From a virus, in the IMG/VR virus record IMGVR_UViG_3300020057_000001, positions 64,001 to 128,000 of that record: 64,000 nt of DNA. The stretch is one strand, 5' to 3'. The notes beneath the pieces are model-generated. The model ran no database searches. It was given only the letters and a program-made list of their open reading frames with translations, and was not told the origin of the DNA. Made by a program: the position numbers and the translations under genes. Within the stretch, counting starts at the first letter, position 1. Each line of letters opens with the position of its first letter. Positions 1 to 8,657 of the stretch are shown here, piece after piece.

Positions 1-365
1 TCTTCTTCGGACATATCATCTAAGGAGTTCTGACGGTTTTTCTTATCTTGCCTGCGGGCAGGGTAAGTCTCAAATTCAGTAACCGCTGCGTAGCGCTGCG
101 AAAACTCTTGAAACGTTGCAGACCTATGCCGAAGAATTTGTGCAGCTATGGCGCGTGAAGTAGTGATCTCCACTGTCATGTAAGCGTGTTCAAAGACAGA
201 CCAGTGGCTGTGCTCTATGCAGTAGTTCAAAAGTTTAGAGGCTGTTTCGTTGTTCATCTGGTTCGAGGGGTTAGACACGCGCGCCACGTAAGCTGAAAGC
301 TGCTCTGCTGACATATGCTCTAGGTCACCCACGCCCTTGGTCACCGATACTAGTTTCACTTTCAA
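1..365 (-). CDS. thyX: Flavin-dependent thymidylate synthase ThyX (runs off the left window edge)
   Basis: Not in the ORF track. Manual translation from TTG at 365: [11 protein letters not shown]...AYVARVSNP...HWSVFEH...[24 protein letters not shown]. Contains the ThyX RHRx7SxR signature. Confidence 0.93.
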   Translation of the reverse strand, partial: MKVKLVSVTKGVGDLEHMSAEQLSAYVARVSNPSNQMNNETASKLLNYCIEHSHWSVFEHAYMTVEITTSRAIAAQILRHRSATFQEFSQRYAAVTEFETYPARRQDKKNRQNSLDDMSEE

Positions 366-374
366 AATATGATC

Positions 375-1865
375 TCATTTCTTGCTTTGTTTGGGGAGCG
401 TGTCCGGCTTTTTAACGTCTTTCAATTCGTTTATTGTTTCATGGTCAGCGTTCTCTAGCGCATTGTTAAACTCGTCGGTCTCATTCTTCGGATCGTAGCT
501 GTAGTGCCCGATTTTTGAAATATTTACACCGTGGTGATTATTTAAGTGATCGATCACATCATTTGCAGCAGCCCTGTGGGTGCCTGTGACAAGAGACCCA
601 TTCCCCATCTCACCATCGATCATGAAAGGCGGGATTTTGTTTTCACCTTTTATTTGAGACACGACCATTTGATGCACGTGCGGCCAATCGTGCACGACGT
701 GGATCGGGTTGAAGTTTTGCGGATAATAAGGTTTCTGTGAGAATTTAGCAATAGTCTGTTTTAAAGCATGCGGTAAGTTGTTTGATTTTATGAGAGGGTT
801 CTTCGGCGGTTTTGGAATTGCAATCTTTTTGGGAGCTTCAAAATCTGTTCCCGAACTCGATTCATCACGGGGATGCCCAACTTCGATATCTTTGCTGCTC
901 ACTTTGAAGTGTGCCTCGGGGTGTGCGACGACGATTTCTTCTTCACTTGAATGGACTGGGTTGTGCCCTGGATAAAGTGAATGGCCGCCGGTGTGCAGCA
1001 CGTCTCTTAAGGGGACGTCCTTTTTCATGATGAGGTGGTGAGGGTGATCTTCTGAATCGTGCTCCCCCCGCCCTGTAGCGAAACGCGTAGCCATGTCACG
1101 ACTAAGAGACCAAGAGGACATGTGAGCCGAAGGGATTGTTACGGTTTTGTGGCGGTCCACTTTTGAAGCCTTCCCTACAGTGTAGGGGGACATACCGCCT
1201 TCGAGGTATTTTTCCTCGTCATGGTCTGTTACACCTAGTGAATCTTTCACCCGCTTTGCATAGCTTCCACCCACACCTCTATAGACCGTGATGTGCGGCT
1301 CGCCGTTAATCATTTTCTTGTTAATGTGGCTGTCGTTCATAATCGCTTTCTGTGAAGCAATCATGTGGTTAACGAGGTGAGGGGTTTGGTGCTTATGCTC
1401 GTCTGAGTGGCCCTTGTCACCTCTATGCGTTTCAATGTGTTCAGGCTCCCCCGTGTACATCGCTTTAATAGCCGCAAAATGGCTGGGCTCCACTTTTCTC
1501 TCGTATGAGTTCCAGAAGTCCCCAGATTGCTGCTCACCTTCCTCGGCGCCTCCACCTTGGTAGTTGGGGTGCGCTAAGATGGCTCCTGTGGAAAATTGCT
1601 CGTCAGGCGCGTGGCTCCATGCGTGTCTGAGTTGCTCTCTTGAGAGGTCCGGGTGTAGGTTGCCCGCTAAATTGTACAGTACATCCGATATTTGATCTTT
1701 GGGCGCGTGCTTCAGGTATTTTTCAACGTGACTTGGGGGAATAGGGTGTTCTTGTGCAGCAAGCATTTGAAAACCGCTGTGGTGTCTCAGTTTGTGTGCC
1801 ACTGCGATGGCTTTGTCCCAGTCCTGTGTCTGGGCGTAATGGTCTAAAAGTTGGTAGTCGTTCAT
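375..1865 (-). CDS. Polyvalent protein: R-S-E type ADP-ribosyltransferase-like domain plus C-terminal ParB/Srx-like domain
   Basis: TVYRG ... MSSWS ... SEEEIVV is the R/SxS/ExE ART triad in the correct order. After a PLIKS linker, IPPFMID...LVTGTHRAAA resembles the ParB N-domain GxHR motif. Confidence 0.65.
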   Translation of the reverse strand: MNDYQLLDHYAQTQDWDKAIAVAHKLRHHSGFQMLAAQEHPIPPSHVEKYLKHAPKDQISDVLYNLAGNLHPDLSREQLRHAWSHAPDEQFSTGAILAHPNYQGGGAEEGEQQSGDFWNSYERKVEPSHFAAIKAMYTGEPEHIETHRGDKGHSDEHKHQTPHLVNHMIASQKAIMNDSHINKKMINGEPHITVYRGVGGSYAKRVKDSLGVTDHDEEKYLEGGMSPYTVGKASKVDRHKTVTIPSAHMSSWSLSRDMATRFATGRGEHDSEDHPHHLIMKKDVPLRDVLHTGGHSLYPGHNPVHSSEEEIVVAHPEAHFKVSSKDIEVGHPRDESSSGTDFEAPKKIAIPKPPKNPLIKSNNLPHALKQTIAKFSQKPYYPQNFNPIHVVHDWPHVHQMVVSQIKGENKIPPFMIDGEMGNGSLVTGTHRAAANDVIDHLNNHHGVNISKIGHYSYDPKNETDEFNNALENADHETINELKDVKKPDTLPKQSKK

Positions 1866-4267
1866 TTGGCACCCCTGCGCCCAATCGCATGCGCAACTTC
1901 CCGAGCTTCATCCCAGTCCACGGTCACTTCGTTGTCTGATTTTTTTAGAGAAGGCCCCTTTTGCCTAAACTGCCTAAACTTCCAGAGGTGTTCGGCATCG
2001 TGGCTCGTAGAACCTGCCTCTAATGGAACTCTGAAATGTTCCTCTGCATAGTCGTACATTGCCGACGCAACCCCTTTACGCTGGTGCTGAGGAAACACCT
2101 CTGTCTCGTAAGACATAATGTGGTCGGTGGGCTTTTTAGAAAAAATAGGCACGCCCTCTGCGTCTTCGTTATTGTCCCAATCATGGTAACCTATGCTTGC
2201 AAATCCCGCATGGTTTCCTTGCTTATCGTGGGCATTAACGTAGATGCCGCCGTGTGGGGAAGTTGTGTGAGAGAGCGTGTAACCCTCTTTTTGCCAATCC
2301 CCATTTTCACCTTTGCCCAAAGCAGCGACCCCCACTTGCCCAGCACTCTTTTTTATCTCTGGCTGCGGTTCTAGCAGCGCATTCTTTTCAGGAAGTTGTG
2401 TAGTTTGGTGTGCGGTTTTCAACGAGCGTAGCACTGACGCGTATTTTGCAGCGGCATGCAAGACACTCGTCTCGTTTCCAAACTCTAGCTTAGCCATTGA
2501 GGAGTTTCTAGCAACACCTCCAACGCCCTTTTGCGAACTGTGGTCCGAGTGTCTGATTTTTGGATGGTCAAATGGGAAACGTATGTATCTTGAATTCGTT
2601 GTCTCTGCCTTTTCTTCCCCGTGAGGAATACCTGAATCTTTGAGTTGACTTAAAAAGGCGTCGCATTGCAGGCTGCGTGTCTTCTGAGACGCAATCGCAA
2701 AACCTTGTTTTTCAAATTCGTCAGGTTGGAGCCCTTGGATGTACGCATGAGCGGAAGGAAGATCAGGAAAGCTTTCGGTGACCCCCTTTTTATTAGAAAC
2801 TTTCACGGGTTTGTTTACGTGCTCCTCGAGCCAAATACTACGGGAGACGCCCAAAGGACGGTCCGCCGGTGTGAGCGGAACGTGAGTAATATGCAAAGGC
2901 TTACCCAAAAGTGCGTCTTTTTTGTGCGGGTGGCTGTTCCTCACGGAATAGTAATTTGACATTGCGCGAAGTTTTTGCAAGCCCGTGCCTGCTTTGTTCA
3001 AATCTTTCGCCCAAACAATCGGAGGTTTTAGTGGGTCGCCCTGCACAACTTTTCGCGTTTTCCCGTCCATCGTAGGCTCTGGTAAATCTTTCGCATTTAA
3101 TTTAGACCAAACCCGTTTCGCTGCGTTTGACGTTTTGCCGGTATCTGACGCAAGGCCGCCGTAATGATCTGCTAACTTTTGATAAACTTTTTGTCCTAGA
3201 CCCTTACCCCTGTGAGGCTTGTCTATGAAGGAATGAGACATATGCATCCCATCGTGGCTTTTGTCGTGAAATTCCGAGTGGTCGACTAAAAATTTCCCAA
3301 CCGTTTTGTTTTCGTGATGTAATTCCCAGTAGTGTCTTTTGGAAGTCCCCCGCTCTCCTGGTTCAGTCCAGTTTCTGTGATGGAGTGTATACCCGTTCCC
3401 AATTTCATGCATCGTGAGCCCTTGAGCGTCTTCAGCTTTGTTGAGCTTCTCGCCGTTCATTTTGGGAAACATTTTCAGTATCAGATTGTGTTTTGCAGCG
3501 ACGTGAAGGTTTTCTAGGATTTCTTTCGGTAAACGCGCATTCACACTAAACCACTTAAAGCCTAGAGCTTCCTTGTCAGGGTCGTTTTCGTTTGTTATTT
3601 TTTGCGGGACTTTCTCTAGTTCAACTAAAAACGCCTTGACCACTTTGCCGTTAGGTGTTTTGCACCTCAATTTAGCGTCTGTAATTTCAGCTAAGTCTTG
3701 TATGCCTGTCTCTTCCCTAAATTCCCTTATTGCGCCTTTTTCAAAATCTTCGCCGTTTTCGACGTGTCCGCCAGGAAAGGTCCACTTTTTATTGTCGTTT
3801 CTTTTCATCATGAGAAGCTTATTATCCGCTTTCACTGCAAGACACGCCACGCGGTTACTTTCCGATTTCCACAGGCGGGTAGACTTCTTGACAGGCTCCG
3901 TCGAGTAATCCTCAATTTCGCTTTGATGGACACGTTCAGGGTGACCGCCTAAAGTGTAGAAATTACCGCCGCCTTCTTGGAGACTTTTTCCATTGTCTAC
4001 GATTTGAAGCACTGGATACCACAAGCCCTTGTACTTCGCTGTGTGCCCTTTGGGAGCCTTGTTTGCATTTGCTTTAGCTCGTGCAATTGCGTCTGCAAGG
4101 CTTTTTGCAAGTGCCGGATAAGACTTTGTTAACTGCGTGGCAGTGCTCATTGCGCTTTTTGCGAGACGGCTATCGCCGAGCTTAAGAGCCTCCTCTGCAA
4201 TTTTGAGGGCTTCGCTAAAAGCTTTTAAAGCGTTTTGTTGAATTTGGGTAAGTGGTTGTTTTTGCAT
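1862..4267 (-). CDS. Polyvalent protein: Nudix hydrolase + two GNAT acetyltransferase domains
   Basis: Full Nudix box PGGHVENGEDFEKGAIREFREETG. Two GNAT motif A copies (HRGKGLGQKVY; HQRKGVASAMY). Start moved to ATG 4267, which has a GAGGGG RBS. Confidence 0.8.
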   Translation of the reverse strand: MQKQPLTQIQQNALKAFSEALKIAEEALKLGDSRLAKSAMSTATQLTKSYPALAKSLADAIARAKANANKAPKGHTAKYKGLWYPVLQIVDNGKSLQEGGGNFYTLGGHPERVHQSEIEDYSTEPVKKSTRLWKSESNRVACLAVKADNKLLMMKRNDNKKWTFPGGHVENGEDFEKGAIREFREETGIQDLAEITDAKLRCKTPNGKVVKAFLVELEKVPQKITNENDPDKEALGFKWFSVNARLPKEILENLHVAAKHNLILKMFPKMNGEKLNKAEDAQGLTMHEIGNGYTLHHRNWTEPGERGTSKRHYWELHHENKTVGKFLVDHSEFHDKSHDGMHMSHSFIDKPHRGKGLGQKVYQKLADHYGGLASDTGKTSNAAKRVWSKLNAKDLPEPTMDGKTRKVVQGDPLKPPIVWAKDLNKAGTGLQKLRAMSNYYSVRNSHPHKKDALLGKPLHITHVPLTPADRPLGVSRSIWLEEHVNKPVKVSNKKGVTESFPDLPSAHAYIQGLQPDEFEKQGFAIASQKTRSLQCDAFLSQLKDSGIPHGEEKAETTNSRYIRFPFDHPKIRHSDHSSQKGVGGVARNSSMAKLEFGNETSVLHAAAKYASVLRSLKTAHQTTQLPEKNALLEPQPEIKKSAGQVGVAALGKGENGDWQKEGYTLSHTTSPHGGIYVNAHDKQGNHAGFASIGYHDWDNNEDAEGVPIFSKKPTDHIMSYETEVFPQHQRKGVASAMYDYAEEHFRVPLEAGSTSHDAEHLWKFRQFRQKGPSLKKSDNEVTVDWDEAREVAHAIGRRGAK

Positions 4268-4353
4268 AGGCCCCTCAAAAAGGTGTATAATCAACATTTT
4301 ATCGCAACAGGTCGTAAAATACAACTGACAAACTAAGCTTGAGGGGCAAAACA

Positions 4354-6732
4354 ATGGCCGGAACTATTAGTCACGCATCGCTCGCGTCACTTGGGTCTTT
4401 ACATAACGCACGCGTCGATCTGGTCTCAGGTGCTCCCGCTGGGTCGCCTCTTTACATTGGCCAAACTGCGTGGGACCAAGTCAACTCCCGCTTTTACATA
4501 GCGGTCGGTACCAATCCCGGAGACTGGGTGACTACTTCTATACCCGACGCGGTCTCCGTAGCTGACACCGCAACGGTTAACCTAACCCTTTCGAGCGGTT
4601 TATTATCGGCGGACGTCATAGAGGCAGCACTTTCGCTGCTCTCGACGCAGATCAGCGACTTTACGGCTGCGGTTACCACTAACAGTGACGTCGCGCAGAA
4701 CACCGCCAAGCGTCACGAGAGCTTGACCATTCCTGCGTCTCACACCCCGACTAGTATTGTCAACGGGTTAGAGCTTAATTTCATCAACCAAACTTTAAAG
4801 CTTTCTCAAAACCTTTCGACCGCAGGTTCTCCCATTTTTCAGGGCGCTACTCTCTCTACCCTGAGTACAGGTTTACTCCATGCAAACTCTTCGGGTGTTT
4901 TGTCCTCCTCTTTAGGAGTAAATGCGGATATTTCAGCTTCCGCTGCAATTGCAGGGACTAAGATTGCGCCCAACTTTGGATCTCAGACCGTACAAACCTC
5001 GGGACCCATTTTAGGGCAGAACTTTAACATCCAAGCGGGACAGACAGTCGTTACGCTTTTCCCAGACGCATTAGCCATTCAAATCGGTCAGTCAGCCACC
5101 CCCAAGGTTATTCAAATTGGTGGACCAAACGACATTGTGCAGATTCAGGGCAGCGCAATTATTAACCAAACCACAAACACATCGTCGAGAGACTCGACCG
5201 TGGTGATCAACCAGGGCGGCCTTGCGGGGTCAAGCGGGCAGGCAGGGCTTTACATTGAAGAAGCTGCGGTTGCTCTACTCCCAGCCACTACGAGCAATTG
5301 GCAGTCCGCCAATATTGTCAGAATGGCGATGGCTTCTACAGGAGCTATCACCGTAGGTAGCTTGGTAAATGTGCTAGGATTTAGCAACGCCCAAAACAAC
5401 GGGACTTTTCCTGTGACGTCCGTCTCAGCAAACGTCTTCATTGAGATTGACAATGCTCTGAGAACCGACGCTGCTTTAGATGAAGCCAGTGCGTCTGCCA
5501 CCGTGACCAACCCAGATTCAGCTAAAGGCTACGCCCGCATCTCGGCTGATAGAGCCTCTTGGGAATTCCAACCTTCTGGAGTTTCCGGACAGTTCATTTT
5601 TACCCCTGGCGCTTCTACTTTTACGTTTAACCAAGGCGTAAACTCCGCAGACGCCGTGTCTTTTTCTTCTCTGGCTCTCACAGGCGCGGGTACGGCTCTC
5701 TCTGTTACCAACAACTCGAGTCTGCTAGGCGACGTTGTGCTCGGGGTCGATAACACTAAAACGCTAGTCGTAAACTCGACAATTGCTTCCAATCTGTCTT
5801 TGGGCACGGGCTACAATATTACGCTATCTAACACGGGTCGGCTCGACGCACCTTTGGATCTCAATCTAGGCACCGTGAACGCCACGGTCGTAAATTTAGG
5901 GAGCGCTGGTACGGCTGTCACTCTGGCAAGTTTGACGGACGGTGTAGTGCTGTCTAGCAGCGGGGGTGTTCTTTCTTCTGGGCAAATCGTAAACACTAAC
6001 GTATCTAACTTAGCAGCAATAGCTTACTCAAAGCTTGCTCTTTCTAACTCTCTAGTCAATGCAGATATTAATGCTTCAGCAGCTATCGCTTACTCTAAGC
6101 TTGCTCTTTCCAACTCTCTAGTCAATGCAGATATTAATGCTTCAGCAGCTATCGCTTACTCTAAGCTTGCTCTTTCCAACTCTCTAGTAAATGCGGACGT
6201 TGCTCCGAGTGCAGCTATTGCTTACTCCAAGCTTGCTTTAACAAACTCTCTAGTCAATGCGGATATTGATGCTTCAGCAGCAATAGCTTACTCAAAGCTT
6301 GCTCTTTCCAACTCTCTAGTCAATGCAGATATTAATGCTTCAGCGGCTATAGCCGGAACAAAGATTGCACCTGACTTTGGCGCACAAACGGTAACCACGA
6401 CAGGTCTTACTCAAAGTGGCTCGTCGCGCATAACGGGCGCCGTGTACAGGTCCGTGGTTGCCACGCGGACGGCAAACTACTCTATCGCCGCAAACGACTA
6501 CGTTGTGAAGACGGATAGTACAAGCGGAACCTTTACGGTGACGCTGCCGAGTGCCGTCATAGAGGAAGGACGAGTTGTGTTTTTGAAGGACGTGTCAGAT
6601 TCTTGGGGTGTCGCACCTATTTCGATTACAGCTACCGCGGGACTAGTCGGTGGACTTTCAACGTTTGTAGGAGACGCGGACAGGCAGTCGCTTCAGTTCA
6701 TTAGTGACGGTGCGAATTGGCTTATTCTGTGA
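4354..6732 (+). CDS. Virion fibre/structural protein with 22-aa repeats
   Basis: G/S/T/A/N-rich beta-type sequence with tandem SNSLVNADINASAAIAYSKLAL repeats and a C-terminal domain ending FISDGANWLIL, typical of phage fibre proteins. ATG 4354 follows GAGGGG. Confidence 0.7.
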   Translation: MAGTISHASLASLGSLHNARVDLVSGAPAGSPLYIGQTAWDQVNSRFYIAVGTNPGDWVTTSIPDAVSVADTATVNLTLSSGLLSADVIEAALSLLSTQISDFTAAVTTNSDVAQNTAKRHESLTIPASHTPTSIVNGLELNFINQTLKLSQNLSTAGSPIFQGATLSTLSTGLLHANSSGVLSSSLGVNADISASAAIAGTKIAPNFGSQTVQTSGPILGQNFNIQAGQTVVTLFPDALAIQIGQSATPKVIQIGGPNDIVQIQGSAIINQTTNTSSRDSTVVINQGGLAGSSGQAGLYIEEAAVALLPATTSNWQSANIVRMAMASTGAITVGSLVNVLGFSNAQNNGTFPVTSVSANVFIEIDNALRTDAALDEASASATVTNPDSAKGYARISADRASWEFQPSGVSGQFIFTPGASTFTFNQGVNSADAVSFSSLALTGAGTALSVTNNSSLLGDVVLGVDNTKTLVVNSTIASNLSLGTGYNITLSNTGRLDAPLDLNLGTVNATVVNLGSAGTAVTLASLTDGVVLSSSGGVLSSGQIVNTNVSNLAAIAYSKLALSNSLVNADINASAAIAYSKLALSNSLVNADINASAAIAYSKLALSNSLVNADVAPSAAIAYSKLALTNSLVNADIDASAAIAYSKLALSNSLVNADINASAAIAGTKIAPDFGAQTVTTTGLTQSGSSRITGAVYRSVVATRTANYSIAANDYVVKTDSTSGTFTVTLPSAVIEEGRVVFLKDVSDSWGVAPISITATAGLVGGLSTFVGDADRQSLQFISDGANWLIL
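5986..6375 (+). repeat. In-frame 66-bp (22-aa) tandem repeat, about 5-6 copies
   Basis: Near-identical units TCTCTAGTCAATGCAGATATTAATGCTTCAGCAGCTATCGCTTACTCTAAGCTTGCTCTTTCCAAC. One further dispersed copy near 4915-4980. Confidence 0.95.
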
Positions 6733-6886
6733 CGAGTGTAGCTTCGACTGGCTGAGCACTTACCAAGGCTTCAAGCACTTGCAAGGCTTCAATGATAATT
6801 TCATGATCCTTTCGCGTACCTGAAAAATTAGCTGTTGCTTGTCCTACTACTTTGAGGGCGTCTACTGCGGTCATTGCTACGGTCAT
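6722..6886 (-). CDS. Small hypothetical protein (54 aa)
   Basis: Not in the ORF track. AGGAG RBS then ATG 6886; MTVAMTAVDALKVVGQ...LVTE, stop at 6722. Fills the gap between flanking genes. Confidence 0.55.
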   Translation of the reverse strand: MTVAMTAVDALKVVGQATANFSGTRKDHEIIIEALQVLEALVSAQPVEATLVTE

Positions 6887-6895
6887 GTAATTCTC

Positions 6896-7099
6896 CTAAA
6901 GAATTGGGTGGTTAGAAATCGTTTGTACCTTGGGGCTATTGCACTTTTTGCAGTAGAAATTACCAGCACTCTCAAAAGACCCTGAACATGTGTGACACTT
7001 TCGCACCTTAATCAAGATTAAGGGCAGTCCTACCATAGCACGCGCTTGGTTTTGCTGTTCAAGATGCTTTTTTTCACGCTGTAACATTACTTTAATCAT
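6896..7099 (-). CDS. Small zinc-ribbon protein
   Basis: CHTC...YCKKC (two CxxC), AGGAG RBS, and a near-consensus sigma28-type promoter upstream. Confidence 0.65.
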   Translation of the reverse strand: MIKVMLQREKKHLEQQNQARAMVGLPLILIKVRKCHTCSGSFESAGNFYCKKCNSPKVQTISNHPIL

Positions 7100-7163
7100 A
7101 CAAAAACTCCTAAATAAATAATAAAGCAGAGAGAGGAATTTGGCAAGCCTTTCTCGTTTTAAC

Positions 7164-7190
7164 CTATCGGCTAGGCGGTCACGGACTTGA
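7164..7190 (-). promoter_or_regulatory. sigma28/FliA-like promoter
   Basis: TCAAG-N14-GCCGATAG on the minus strand, upstream of the ORF starting at 7099. Confidence 0.65.
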
Positions 7191-7206
7191 GGTAAAATTT
7201 AACTAG

Positions 7207-7311
7207 AACCTGTCCTCCCTGCTTTTGCAGAGTCGCGCAGATTCTGAAAAGTACTTGCCCATAGAGCAGGGAAAAGTAGGAGCTATACGCTCTGAACAGT
7301 AGGGACGGGTT
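7207..7311 (+). ncRNA. Candidate structured RNA (multi-stem leader or small ncRNA), family unknown
   Basis: Outer stem AACCUGUCCU/GGGACGGGUU, inner stem CCCUGCU/AGCAGGG, hairpin CAGAGUC-GCGCA-GAUUCUG and hairpin GAGC-UAUAC-GCUC. Begins about 8 nt after a GTAAAAT box (7192-7198). Confidence 0.4.
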
Positions 7312-7370
7312 TACAAAAACCTAAACAGAATAACCGTTAAACTTTTAGTTTAACAATATTGAGGTGTTAA

Positions 7371-8639
7371 TTGTCATATCAAGGACGGAAACCCGCGCTT
7401 CTCTCGTTACGTACAGGTGAGCTTGTGCTACCAAAAGCTGCGGATATCTCGCTGGCTACAGGTACGTCAAACAATTTAAATATCCCCGCGTCTACCAGTA
7501 ACTCGTACATCCGGTTTACACTCACTGGCGAATCCGTGCTCACCGGTGTCGTGGCTCCTACAGCGCCTTACGCAAGCGGTAAGCTGTACGTGTTTACCAA
7601 CGCGGGCGTCGGTTTGACAATCACTTTGAACAACGAAGATATCAACTCAAACGCTGGTAACCGCTTTATCACCGGGACAGGAAATGACCTCACTATTGCT
7701 GAAGGTGCTTCTGTCTTTGCAATCTACGACGACGGCGCATCGCGCTGGCGTATCGTGGGCGGCTCCGGCTCCGGTTCTGGCTCAGGTACTTTCAAAAACT
7801 ACTATTCTGTTTGGTTTGACTCGACCAAAAATATTCCGAGCACAAGCAACGGTACCGTGTCCGCTGCGGGTAACCGCACTGCAACTGACGTTCAGTGGGC
7901 TTCGACGAACACTTCGGACATCAGCGTAATACGCTCAGCAATCACGCCGCTTCGGGGAAGGTACTCATACATCTTTCAGGGTACTACGGCAAACGCAGCG
8001 GGAACTACATTCGTTGAATCGCCTACCTTTACATTAGACAATGTAGACCGAGCGACCTCAACTCTCTTACAGCCGATGTACATATCGTTTGAGTACAATG
8101 GTGTTGGCGCTGATGGAGATAACGATCTTATCTTAGTCAGATACAACTCCGCTGGTACGTTCGGATCTGTTCAAACTATTTTTACTGCCGCTGGGCAAAG
8201 TGCCACAGCAACGCCCGGCGCTCGAATCTTGTCAGCGGGTCCTCGGTTTTTTGGGTATGTTCCTGCGGGGATTACTGCAAACGTGGGCGATAAATTCGCT
8301 GTGCGGTTTAGAAACCTTGCGGCGGCTTCAGTCGGCTTAAGAATTACAGGCTTCTACACGGGGCCTAACGCCGACATCGGCTCTACTTCGCAACGGTTTG
8401 TCGGTGATAAAGAATTTGCCGACCGGTTGGTTGCACGGGAAGGAACAACAGTTCCACAGCAACTCGATATCGGCTCTACGACCACAATACTCGCAGGAGA
8501 AACAAGAATCGTCGGGCGCTTGGACATAGCTTCTGGGACAACTATTAACCTTGCGGCGGCTGACAGCTATCTCGTAACTGCCGGACCGATTACAGGACCT
8601 GGGACTTTAAGCGGACCGGGCGTTATCATAAGCGTTTAA
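7371..8639 (+). CDS. Virion structural / tail-fibre-associated protein
   Basis: Beta-rich G/T/S/A sequence with YDDGASRWRIV and a GSGSGSG linker. Shares a ~200-aa domain with 11676..14171. GAGGTG RBS before a TTG start. Confidence 0.6.
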   Translation: MSYQGRKPALLSLRTGELVLPKAADISLATGTSNNLNIPASTSNSYIRFTLTGESVLTGVVAPTAPYASGKLYVFTNAGVGLTITLNNEDINSNAGNRFITGTGNDLTIAEGASVFAIYDDGASRWRIVGGSGSGSGSGTFKNYYSVWFDSTKNIPSTSNGTVSAAGNRTATDVQWASTNTSDISVIRSAITPLRGRYSYIFQGTTANAAGTTFVESPTFTLDNVDRATSTLLQPMYISFEYNGVGADGDNDLILVRYNSAGTFGSVQTIFTAAGQSATATPGARILSAGPRFFGYVPAGITANVGDKFAVRFRNLAAASVGLRITGFYTGPNADIGSTSQRFVGDKEFADRLVAREGTTVPQQLDIGSTTTILAGETRIVGRLDIASGTTINLAAADSYLVTAGPITGPGTLSGPGVIISV

Positions 8640-8657
8640 CTTTTAAGGAGAAAATCT

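Noticed and set aside
7207-7311. Hammerhead ribozyme or tRNA identity for the structured leader
   Set aside because: No CUGANGA/GAAA core in the right junctions, and no T-loop or cloverleaf.
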